NCBI GenBank assembly: GCA_021295915.1
Contig: JAGWBK010000001.1
Location: forward strand, 139,644-203,643
Source of the DNA: Dehalococcoidia bacterium
GTDB taxonomy: Bacteria > Chloroflexota > Dehalococcoidia > Lucifugimonadales > UBA1123
Direction of reading: 5' to 3'
Length of the DNA: 64,000 nt
Shown: piece by piece, positions 9,678-17,222 of the stretch
How positions within the stretch are numbered: the first letter of the stretch is position 1
How the letters are laid out: every line of letters starts with the position of its first letter
Program-made: the position numbers and the translations under genes
The notes under the pieces: model-generated
The model's database searches: none
Seen by the model: the letters and a program-made list of their open reading frames with translations, nothing else
What the model was told of the DNA's origin: nothing

Positions 9678-11685
9678 TATTCTGTCCTCTCGGATGTCTC
9701 TTTAACCCGGGCATTTTGGCTAGATTTTCGGCGAGACCTGGTACTTCGGTCTCGCCGGTGACTACTGTAACAGATGATCCAACGAAGTCATTGTCGATAG
9801 GCTCATACCTGCCGCCAAGGCACTTCGCGAGGAATGCCTCGGCCATTGCCATGAAGGCAATGTTGTTCTCCTGCCTCCTGAAGCCATGTCCCTCATCCGG
9901 AAACAGCACATAAGTCACCGGTATGCCATGGCCAGTCATTGCCCCAACGATCTGGTCGGATTCAGCCTGCTTGACCCTGGGATCGTTAGCACCCTGTCCT
10001 ATGAGCAGTGGCCTCTCTATTCTGTCCGCGAAAGTTAGGGGAGACCTTTCAGCAAGGAATTGTCTCCCTTCCAGAGTCGAGTTGTCTCCCACACGGGTCC
10101 TGAACATGGCGATCTCCGGCTCCCAGTACGGAGGCACGGTATCAAGGAGCGTATTGAGGTTCGAGGGCCCCACCACATCGACTCCGCAGGCGAACACTTC
10201 AGGAGTAAAGGTCAACCCGACAAGGGTCGCGTATCCCCCATAGCTGACACCCATGATGGCGATCTTGTCTCTGTCGGCGATCCCTGTTTCAACGGCCCAG
10301 TTGACGACGTCGATCAGGTCGTCATGCATCTTGCCCGCCCACTCGCGGTTGCCAGCATTTACGAAGGGCTTTCCAAAACCCCACGAGCCACGGAAGTTCA
10401 CGGAGATTACCGAGTAGCCTCGGCTGGCCCATAGCTGATGGCCGGGCACGAATCCCCAGCTGTCTCTCCCCCAAGGTCCACCGTGTACCAGAAGAACAGC
10501 GGGAGGCGGTCCTTCTTCACAGGAGGTCCACGTAGGCTGCGTGTAGTAGACGGTGAGGTCCAGCCCGTCTCGTGACCTGACAGTTGCCGATTGCATTGGG
10601 GCCAGCTTGTACTTTTCCAGCTCAGGACGGTTCGAGAAGAGGAACTGGAGACTCTTGGCTTCTCGCTCGTACAGGTAGAAGTCCAGTGGGCCGACGTCCT
10701 GTTCATGCGCGACCACCCAACGTCCGTCGTCTAGCGACCGGCTCGTCAACCAGTAGTCGTTTCCGAACTCTCCATGCAGGACGTCGAGGTCGTCAATAAT
10801 GGAGTCATCTATTGACACCCAGTGGGCTCGTTCGTGTTCGATCGAGACCGCCTGTGGTCTACCTGTCGACGGATGAATCATGAATCCAGTTATATCTGCA
10901 TGTGAGTCAACCGCAAGTTCCCTCTCCTCATGAGAGTTCAAGTCCAGTTCGACCAACGCGGAGGTGTCCCGGTTCCTACTGTCGAGCATGAACAGCGTTC
11001 TGCCATTCGAGTCGAGTCCTAGAGGGTGAGTTGTTATTTCATCCTCGGGCCCAACGTCCATCAGCTTGCGCCACTCACCCAAGGGGTGTCTGTGAAGAAA
11101 CTGAGAACCGCCATCCGGTGTGGACAACTTTGCGAGCCTGACAGTTAAGTCCAAGTCTGCAACGAACAAAGTAGCGCCAATGTCGTTCTCGAACTCAATG
11201 GTCGACCCTCCCGACACCATGTTGACCCTATGGATGTCGTGGAAGCGTCCGTCCCTATTGTTGATTTCAACCAGCACCTCGTCAGGATGCCTTGAAGAGA
11301 GTGCCAGTACGCGGGCATGGATGTCCTCGTAGGGCGTTAGGTCCCTTGTTTCCAGTGTGATTAGGTGAGTCGCGTACAGATGCCAGTTCTCGTCCGCGGC
11401 CTCATCCTGCACGTGGAGGAGGTAGTCTGAGTTGTAAGGCCAGATGTAGAACGGGATTCCCCTCTCTTGATCATTGGTAACTGGCTTCGCCTCGTCAATT
11501 GAATCCAGTGGTGACACCCAGACGTTCATGACGCGGTTGACTGGTGCAAGGAATGCAAGACGTCTCCCATCCCTGCTGACTTTCGCGAAGTTTCGTTCGG
11601 AGTTACCGTACAGGATTCGCCGGGGAATCAGGTCCGTTTCGCGATCGCTTTTCAAACTGGGAACCTCCGGAATGAGATATGCCAA
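9634..11685 (-). CDS. S9 family serine peptidase (prolyl oligopeptidase / dipeptidyl aminopeptidase type)
   Basis: 683 aa with an N-terminal beta-propeller region and a C-terminal alpha/beta hydrolase domain carrying GVSYGGY (GxSxGG). The 3' end overlaps the ggt start by 44 nt. Confidence 0.85.
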   Translation of the reverse strand: MAYLIPEVPSLKSDRETDLIPRRILYGNSERNFAKVSRDGRRLAFLAPVNRVMNVWVSPLDSIDEAKPVTNDQERGIPFYIWPYNSDYLLHVQDEAADENWHLYATHLITLETRDLTPYEDIHARVLALSSRHPDEVLVEINNRDGRFHDIHRVNMVSGGSTIEFENDIGATLFVADLDLTVRLAKLSTPDGGSQFLHRHPLGEWRKLMDVGPEDEITTHPLGLDSNGRTLFMLDSRNRDTSALVELDLNSHEERELAVDSHADITGFMIHPSTGRPQAVSIEHERAHWVSIDDSIIDDLDVLHGEFGNDYWLTSRSLDDGRWVVAHEQDVGPLDFYLYEREAKSLQFLFSNRPELEKYKLAPMQSATVRSRDGLDLTVYYTQPTWTSCEEGPPPAVLLVHGGPWGRDSWGFVPGHQLWASRGYSVISVNFRGSWGFGKPFVNAGNREWAGKMHDDLIDVVNWAVETGIADRDKIAIMGVSYGGYATLVGLTFTPEVFACGVDVVGPSNLNTLLDTVPPYWEPEIAMFRTRVGDNSTLEGRQFLAERSPLTFADRIERPLLIGQGANDPRVKQAESDQIVGAMTGHGIPVTYVLFPDEGHGFRRQENNIAFMAMAEAFLAKCLGGRYEPIDNDFVGSSVTVVTGETEVPGLAENLAKMPGLKRHPRGQNNGHCNADSYNYQQD

Positions 11686-11792
11686 GCTCGTTCAAGGCGT
11701 TCTGTGGCCACGAGTCCTCTCCAAGCCTATGGGACAGACGCAAGCAGTACTTCATGGGTCCCTAAGGGATGAGAAATCATGAAAATTCGTGG

Positions 11793-11821
11793 TTGACAAG
11801 TATTTGGGTCGCTGATATATT
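11793..11821 (+). promoter_or_regulatory. sigma70-like promoter, TTGACA-N17-TATATT
   Basis: The -35 TTGACA is at 11793-11798 and the -10 TATATT at 11816-11821, in an AT-rich intergenic gap. No plus-strand protein gene lies downstream. Confidence 0.45.
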
Positions 11822-11827
11822 GTATTT

Positions 11828-11945
11828 AACGTCCCAATGGACCAAGTCGAATGCGCGAGGCTTTCAAGGCGACGGCGGCCCACCCGCCGGAGTCGGGAGA
11901 GTGGAGCACAGATAGACGAAGCCCGTTGGGGCGTTTTGCTTTTGC
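11828..11945 (+). ncRNA. candidate small RNA of about 115 nt, family unknown
   Basis: It is bounded by the promoter above and an intrinsic terminator at 11921-11945. Internal hairpins include GUCC/GGAC and CGGCGG-CCCAC-CCGCCG. The only ORF here (74 aa, Arg-rich) looks non-coding. Confidence 0.35.
11921..11945 (+). terminator. intrinsic terminator (GCCC-GUUG-GGGC followed by a U-rich tract)
   Basis: The hairpin gcccgttggggc at 11921-11932 is followed by gttttgcttttgc. The T-tract is better on the plus strand than on the minus strand. Confidence 0.5.
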
Positions 11946-12968
11946 TCAGTTCCCTACTGGTCTCAGGACGCCCACAAACGGCAGATTCCTATAGGACTCC
12001 ATGTAGTCGAGACCGTAGCCAACGAGGAACTCGTCCGGCGCTTCGAAACCCACGTACTTGACATCAACGTCCGCGATTCGCCTTGCCCGCTTGTCGAGTA
12101 GAGCGCAGACTTCGACGGTAGCCGGTTGGCGAGACTGCAAGTGAGCGATCAGCCAGTTCAACGTCATTCCAGTATCCACGATGTCCTCAACCAGGATGAC
12201 GTCCGAGCCGTCGATACCCAGATCCAGCCCTTTAGTAACTCTGATATCCGGCCCATGCTCCCCGGCATAGCGCGAAATGGACATGAAGTCCATACGAGTG
12301 GGCAGCGAGATCTGGCGCATAACGTCTGCCATGAAACAGACCATTCCTCTCTGTACGCCAATCAGTACGGGGCGCTTGCCTGCATAGTCTCGTGAAATCG
12401 TCCTCCCTAGCTCCTGCACCCTCTGCTGAATCTGACGCTCCGAGTATAAGACACGGGAAATGCCGGGCAGGTCGGACTCGACGAGGGGGCCAAACCCGAA
12501 CTTCGCCAGAAGACGGTGAAAGTCCCTCCGGTACAGGAGTTTTATGTTAACTTCGGGATACAGTTCCCGGATGCGCCTGAGCTTGCGATTCTTCTGAGTA
12601 ACCAGCGACTGCTTCATGGTCGTTAGTTCAAGGTAGAGATCGAGATCAGGCAGATAGAAGTCCGGGGTAAGCATTTCGGTGGCCCGGTCACCATCCCATC
12701 GGAGAGGGAATGAGAGAGGCTCATAGTCCCAGCGAAGACCGTAGAAGTCCAGAATTCTCGCGAACTCTAGCTCGCTAGGATGAGCAAAATTGGGTTCAGC
12801 CCCGCCTGCCACGTTGGGCACGGGAGTGAACCTGGACGTTTCGACATCGACCAACCGACACCTCCGCGTCAAACCGGCACGCTCCAGTGTTTGACCGCAA
12901 GGATAGCACATACGCGCTAGATGATAAATCCGCTGCCCTTGCACTATACATGACAGTGGATTGACCAT
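11946..12968 (-). CDS. hpt: hypoxanthine phosphoribosyltransferase with an N-terminal extension of about 160 aa (nuclease-like fold)
   Basis: The C-terminal 175 aa carries the PRPP-binding motif VILVEDIVDTGMTL and ends GYGLDY..YRNLPFVGVL. The N-terminal part has a PD-(D/E)xK-like pattern (TPDFYLPDLDLYLELTTMK). The start codon is uncertain. Confidence 0.85.
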   Translation of the reverse strand: MVNPLSCIVQGQRIYHLARMCYPCGQTLERAGLTRRCRLVDVETSRFTPVPNVAGGAEPNFAHPSELEFARILDFYGLRWDYEPLSFPLRWDGDRATEMLTPDFYLPDLDLYLELTTMKQSLVTQKNRKLRRIRELYPEVNIKLLYRRDFHRLLAKFGFGPLVESDLPGISRVLYSERQIQQRVQELGRTISRDYAGKRPVLIGVQRGMVCFMADVMRQISLPTRMDFMSISRYAGEHGPDIRVTKGLDLGIDGSDVILVEDIVDTGMTLNWLIAHLQSRQPATVEVCALLDKRARRIADVDVKYVGFEAPDEFLVGYGLDYMESYRNLPFVGVLRPVGN

Positions 12969-12989
12969 AGTTCCGGCGCTTCATATAAT
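12961..12989 (+). promoter_or_regulatory. sigma70-like promoter, TTGACC-N17-TATAAT, for the 343-aa/UGSC gene pair
   Basis: The -35 is at 12961-12966 and the -10 at 12984-12989, about 30 nt upstream of ATG 13019. The -35 overlaps the annotated hpt start on the other strand. Confidence 0.5.
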
Positions 12990-13018
12990 CGCCTGGAAGT
13001 CTCTGTGAAAGGCACGCT

Positions 13019-14050
13019 ATGACAAGTGGGCAACTGAGTTCGGCACGACTGGAGTTCGACTCATGGAATGAAGTCGTGGAAGGATTCATGGACCGTGGAT
13101 GGACGGACGGCCTTCCGATCATTCCCCCGACTCCAGACCTCGTCAACGCCTGCCTTGATGCAGGGGGACGCAATCCATCAGACATACTTGCGACTGAGCC
13201 CACCAAGGGTAGAGTGATCACCGCAGAGAAAGTGGCGGTGAACGCCGTCATGGCAGGCTGCAAGCCAGAGTATTTCAAGGTCGTCGCAGCTGCCGTCGAA
13301 GCGATGAGCGAACCTCAATTCAATCTGCACGCCATCACGGCCAGCACACAGGGTTCGGCCCTGCTTGCCCTCGTAAACGGTCCGGTTGCCAAAGAGATCG
13401 GCTTGAACTCCGGTGTCAGCGTATTTGGGCCAGGGCATAGGGCAAACGCCACTATTGGGAGGGCTATCCGCCTTGTAGTCATCAACGCCACCGGCTCCCG
13501 GTCGGGGGAGATCGATAAGGCTACGCTTGGCCATCCAGGCAAGTACACGTGGTGTATGGCTGAGGCCGAGGACGTCTCGCCCTGGGAGCCGTTCCAGGCT
13601 AACAGGGGGTTCTCCGAGGAGCAGAGTACGATCACTCTGTTTCCCGCACTCTCCCCTATCCAGGTCGACAACCACGCGTTCCAACGTCCTGAGGAGATCC
13701 TGGTCTCGTTCCGTGAAGCCATGTTTGCCGGCGGAGGCGGATGGAACCAGGGGGAGGTCGTAGTCGTCCTCTGCCCTGAGCACGTCGGGAATTTGGAACG
13801 CGCCGGCTGGAGCAAGGAGCAAGTGCGCGAGTTTCTTCATGACTCGGCGAGGCGTCCTATAGATGAGTGGCGCGCGGCGGGAAGATACATAAGGGACGAT
13901 GTGGGACAGCCTGGCGATGAACTACACTCACTCAATAGTTCGGAAGGTATTTCAATTGTTGTTGCAGGCGGTGGCGCTGGAGCGTTCTCCTGTGTAATAC
14001 CATTGTGGAGCGGTGGAATTGGAGCTAGATCGGTAACCCGGTTAATCTAG
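13019..14050 (+). CDS. conserved-looking protein of unknown function, upstream partner of the UGSC selenoprotein
   Basis: 343-aa ORF with coding-like composition and motifs GWTDGLPIIPPT, NAVMAGCKPEY and ANATIGRAIRL. I do not recognise the family. Its stop is 13 nt before the UGSC gene. Confidence 0.7.
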   Translation: MTSGQLSSARLEFDSWNEVVEGFMDRGWTDGLPIIPPTPDLVNACLDAGGRNPSDILATEPTKGRVITAEKVAVNAVMAGCKPEYFKVVAAAVEAMSEPQFNLHAITASTQGSALLALVNGPVAKEIGLNSGVSVFGPGHRANATIGRAIRLVVINATGSRSGEIDKATLGHPGKYTWCMAEAEDVSPWEPFQANRGFSEEQSTITLFPALSPIQVDNHAFQRPEEILVSFREAMFAGGGGWNQGEVVVVLCPEHVGNLERAGWSKEQVREFLHDSARRPIDEWRAAGRYIRDDVGQPGDELHSLNSSEGISIVVAGGGAGAFSCVIPLWSGGIGARSVTRLI

Positions 14051-14063
14051 GAACAAGAGGAGG

Positions 14064-14609
14064 ATGCTGATGACAACTGCAGAACTCGTAGTATTGGATC
14101 CCACGGTAGAACCCCTACCGTCGGAAGGGGTCGTCGCGGACCGACCGACCACGCTGGACGGGCTAACGTTGGGACTTCTTGCGAATGGGAAGTTGAACTC
14201 GGTTGAGATGCTCACGGCGATCCACGACGTGCTGGCCGACAGGTTTGAATTTGCTTCCGTAGTGGAGCGAAACAAGCACAATGCCTCTCGACCATGTCCC
14301 GAGGAGATCATCGACGAGCTTGTCGATAAGTGCGACGTGGTGGTCACGTCATCGGGCGATTGAGGGTCCTGCTCGTCGTGCAGTGTGCACGACGGAATTA
14401 CCCTTGAGAAACGCGGAGTCCCGACAGTAGTGATCTGCACAGAGCCCTTCATCACGAGCGCTGACGCCATGGCAGCGTTGGGCGGAGTTCCTGACTACCC
14501 ATATGTGGTGGTACCCCACCCGCTGGGAAGCAGGACGATGGAGCAGCTCAGGGAGCTTGCCGCAGCGGCAGCACCTGATGTGCTGTCCATACTTCTCGCT
14601 CAGAAGTAG
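14064..14609 (+). CDS. UGSC-family selenoprotein (GrdB C-terminal-like), with in-frame TGA = Sec at 14361-14363
   Basis: ORFs 14064-14363 and 14385-14609 share one frame. Reading through the TGA gives ...DVVVTSSGD-U-GSCSSCSVHDGITLEKRGVPTVVICTE...VPHPLGS. A GGAGG lies just upstream of the ATGs at 14064 and 14070. A SECIS-like hairpin follows the TGA. Confidence 0.8.
14374..14394 (+). promoter_or_regulatory. bacterial SECIS-like hairpin
   Basis: Perfect 9-bp stem cgtcgtgca/tgcacgacg with apical GUG. It starts 10 nt after the TGA at 14361-14363. Confidence 0.6.
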
Positions 14610-14662
14610 AAGTTAATAGTACCGGGCGAGAGCCACTTCTCGCCTAAGACCAGGAAAAGAGA

Positions 14663-14692
14663 GCGACCACACCCAAGCTTGGGTGTGGTCGC
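14663..14692. terminator. bidirectional intrinsic terminator (perfect 30-nt palindrome)
   Basis: The palindrome gcgaccacacccaagcttgggtgtggtcgc is flanked by an A-rich tract (aaaagaga) upstream and a T-rich tract (cttgcttt) downstream. It sits between the convergent UGSC gene and tRNA-Sec. Confidence 0.65.
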
Positions 14693-14714
14693 CTTGCTTT
14701 GTCCCTAGGAGAAC

Positions 14715-14823
14715 TGGCGGGAGCGAGAGGGAGTCGAACCCACCGCGCCAACCGCTGGGTTGCCGCCGGACGGTTTTGAAGACCGCGAGAGGGTGTAAAA
14801 GATGGTACCTCGAGAGGGCTTCC
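14715..14823 (-). tRNA. selC: tRNA-Sec-like gene (anticodon UCA); 5' boundary uncertain
   Basis: The minus strand reads GCGGU-CUUCAAA-ACCGU, with anticodon UCA at 14777-14779. It has a long extra arm containing CCAGCGG, a GGGUUCGACUCCC T-arm and a terminal GCCA. The D-arm and 5' acceptor strand could not be folded convincingly by hand. Confidence 0.6.
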
Positions 14824-14873
14824 TTGAAGCCCACCAGGGGCCGTGTGCAAGAGCCCACTGGCGTGGCCGTGAG

Positions 14874-15200
14874 TTAGGCTATTGCCTCGTCGACGCGCTT
14901 CTTCAGCATGGACTTCGGGACGGCGCCCACCACCTGGTCAACTGCCTTGCCCTCGTTGAAGATGAGCAGTGAAGGAATTCCACGAATACCGAACTGCATG
15001 GCGGTCTTGGGGTTGGAGTCTACGTCCAGCTTCGTGAACTTCACCTTGCCCGCATACTCGCCGGCCAGTTCTTCGACAATTGGGGCGATCATCTTACAGG
15101 GACCGCACCACTCGGCCCAGAAATCTACCACTACGGGAACGTCCGAGTTAACGACCTCGTCCTCAAAAGTGGCGTCTGTAATCTCAACTGCGTTTGCCAT
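14874..15200 (-). CDS. trxA: thioredoxin
   Basis: 108 aa with the active site WAEWCGPCKM. Confidence 0.95.
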   Translation of the reverse strand: MANAVEITDATFEDEVVNSDVPVVVDFWAEWCGPCKMIAPIVEELAGEYAGKVKFTKLDVDSNPKTAMQFGIRGIPSLLIFNEGKAVDQVVGAVPKSMLKKRVDEAIA

Positions 15201-15348
15201 TTGTTACTCCATTCAGTCTTAGTAATTGAACCCGCATACCTATCCATTATATTCGATGTTGAATCGTTTCGACAGGTTCATTTGAGACCGAATTAGAATA
15301 GTGGCGCGGTGTTGTATTAGCCTGCCGCGTTCCCCGGATGACAGAGGG

Positions 15349-15939
15349 CTAACGCCTGCGGTACTCCACGTAGTCAGCCACTACCTCGTCTACCTCATCC
15401 CACCACAGCGTACCGAGGGTCAGACCCTTGGGAACGTCGAATATCACCCAACCCTGCACCTGGAAGTTGCGGTCCAGCTGTATATCACCCCAGAGCAAGG
15501 GAGAATACTTGTCCTCGTCGACGTCGGCAACATCAATAGTACCGAACCGATCGAACGGGTCCATTGCTCGAATCCGCTCACCTCGCCGATCTCCCAACCT
15601 GGCGGCTTCAGTGTCGACAAGAAGTGGCATCACAGTACTTGTCCTGTTGACCACAGTGACAAGCACCGCGGCGAGTTGCCTGTTCGATGCACGTGGCCTG
15701 AGTACTCGGTGTTCTCCAGAATTAGTGGAGTACGACACCTTCTCCAGAATCACTGGCCGTTCGGCGTGGATCTCTATACTGCGACCACGGACTGCGACTA
15801 AGTCAGGTTCGCTGGAACAGGCTGCAGTCAATGGGACTGCCACCATGATCAGCATCAAGACCCAGAGCGGCCATGAGGCGAATCTTAAATTACTCTGGGA
15901 ATTCGAGAATTGGGAGTCAGGTTGTTTTCGGTTCAACAA
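15349..15939 (-). CDS. putative lipoprotein, DUF4352-like
   Basis: 196 aa with an N-terminal hydrophobic helix followed by the LTAACSS lipobox. The beta-rich C-terminal domain resembles DUF4352. Confidence 0.45.
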   Translation of the reverse strand: MLNRKQPDSQFSNSQSNLRFASWPLWVLMLIMVAVPLTAACSSEPDLVAVRGRSIEIHAERPVILEKVSYSTNSGEHRVLRPRASNRQLAAVLVTVVNRTSTVMPLLVDTEAARLGDRRGERIRAMDPFDRFGTIDVADVDEDKYSPLLWGDIQLDRNFQVQGWVIFDVPKGLTLGTLWWDEVDEVVADYVEYRRR

Positions 15940-15959
15940 TGCCCTTTACCGGAGTCTCA

Positions 15960-17216
15960 CTAGACGCTTGAAAGGGACGGCATTGATCTTAGCCTCCCCA
16001 CCAAGTCTGTCAGGGTTTCTATCATGTAGTCGACGTCTTCGTCAGTTGTTTCCCTTCCAATAGTGATACGCAGACTGCCCTGCGCCAGATCCGCCGGGAG
16101 GCCAATGGCAGTCAACACGTGGGACGGCTCAAGGCTCGCCGACGAGCAGGCAGAGCCGCTAGATGCGCAGATCCCAGCAAAGTCCAGTCCCAGAAGGATT
16201 GGCTCCCCCTCGACGTTTTCGAAAGAAACGTTCACATTATTGGGCAGCCTTGTAGTGGGATGACCATTCAACTTCGCATTCGGTATTCGCTCATGAATCC
16301 CGTGAATGATCATATCGCGGAGCTTTATCAGGCGCTCTGTTAGCGCAGTTCTCTCGCCTTCTGCGAGGCGGATTGCCTCAGCCAGTCCCACGATGGATGG
16401 CACATTCTCCGTGCCTGATCGCCTCTCGCGCTCCTGGCCGCCACCCAGTATCAACGGCTCAAATGGCGTTCCACGCTTAATGTACAGAGCCCCGATGCCT
16501 TTAGGCCCGTGCAACTTGTGCCCGGACAGACTCAGGAGATCGACGCTCAGGTCCCGAACATTTACGTCGATAGCGCCGACGGCTTGGACTGCATCGGTAT
16601 GGACGTAGATCTTCCTGTCAAATCTGAGGGCTTCCCTCTTGACCGCGGCTGCGATCTCCGCGACGGGCTGGATAGTACCTATCTCGTTATTGGCAAGCAT
16701 GACGCTTACCAGGACGGTACGCTCGGTTATCGCTCCAGCAACGTCCACCGGGTCGAGAAGCCCGTGCTCGTCGACAGGCAGATACGTAACGTCGAATCCG
16801 AACTGCTCCAACTGATGACAGGCGTGCAGGACCGCATGGTGCTCTATGCTAGTTGTAATGACATGATTGCCGATGTTTCTGAGGGCAGTGGCCACCCCTT
16901 TGATGGCGGCGTTGTCAGACTCGGTGCCACCCGACGTGAAGACCACTTCACTCGCCCTGCAGCCCAGGGCCTTGGCAATTGACCTGCGCGATTGATCGAC
17001 GGCCCCCCTGCTCTGCTGAGCCAACTCGTAGATGCTTGATGGGTTGCCGAATCCTTCCGAAAAGTAAGGCAGCATGGCCTGCACCACCTCCGGTCTAACC
17101 GGAGTGGTGGCAGCGTAGTCCATGTAGATCAGCCTGTCGGTCGCAACCACTGAACCAGTCTCTCTGTCACTATCTTTCAATGTGTCCGCGAATGCGGGAC
17201 TCCAATTGTAGCGCAC
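15960..17216 (-). CDS. cysteine desulfurase (NifS/IscS-like class V aminotransferase)
   Basis: 418 aa. The PLP lysine motif is [17 protein letters not shown] and the catalytic Cys loop is SSGSACSS. Confidence 0.9.
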   Translation of the reverse strand: MRYNWSPAFADTLKDSDRETGSVVATDRLIYMDYAATTPVRPEVVQAMLPYFSEGFGNPSSIYELAQQSRGAVDQSRRSIAKALGCRASEVVFTSGGTESDNAAIKGVATALRNIGNHVITTSIEHHAVLHACHQLEQFGFDVTYLPVDEHGLLDPVDVAGAITERTVLVSVMLANNEIGTIQPVAEIAAAVKREALRFDRKIYVHTDAVQAVGAIDVNVRDLSVDLLSLSGHKLHGPKGIGALYIKRGTPFEPLILGGGQERERRSGTENVPSIVGLAEAIRLAEGERTALTERLIKLRDMIIHGIHERIPNAKLNGHPTTRLPNNVNVSFENVEGEPILLGLDFAGICASSGSACSSASLEPSHVLTAIGLPADLAQGSLRITIGRETTDEDVDYMIETLTDLVGRLRSMPSLSSV

Positions 17217-17222
17217 AACCCG

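Noticed and set aside
11828-11945. Identification of the small RNA candidate as SRP (4.5S) RNA, 6S RNA or a riboswitch.
   Set aside because: It has no GGAA tetraloop or AGCA domain IV motif. It is too short for 6S RNA. No downstream gene exists for a riboswitch to control. I kept it only as an unclassified candidate.
14385-14609. Independent 74-aa ORF with a GTG start.
   Set aside because: It is in frame with the 14064 ORF across a single TGA. It has no RBS of its own. The TGA sits in a U-G-S-C redox motif with a SECIS-like hairpin, so I read it as the C-terminal half of one selenoprotein.
14715-14873. tmRNA, or a genomic island inserted at the tRNA-like element.
   Set aside because: The interval between trxA and the terminator is only about 160 nt, far too short for tmRNA. 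No integrase, transposase or direct repeat of the tRNA 3' end is visible anywhere in the window.
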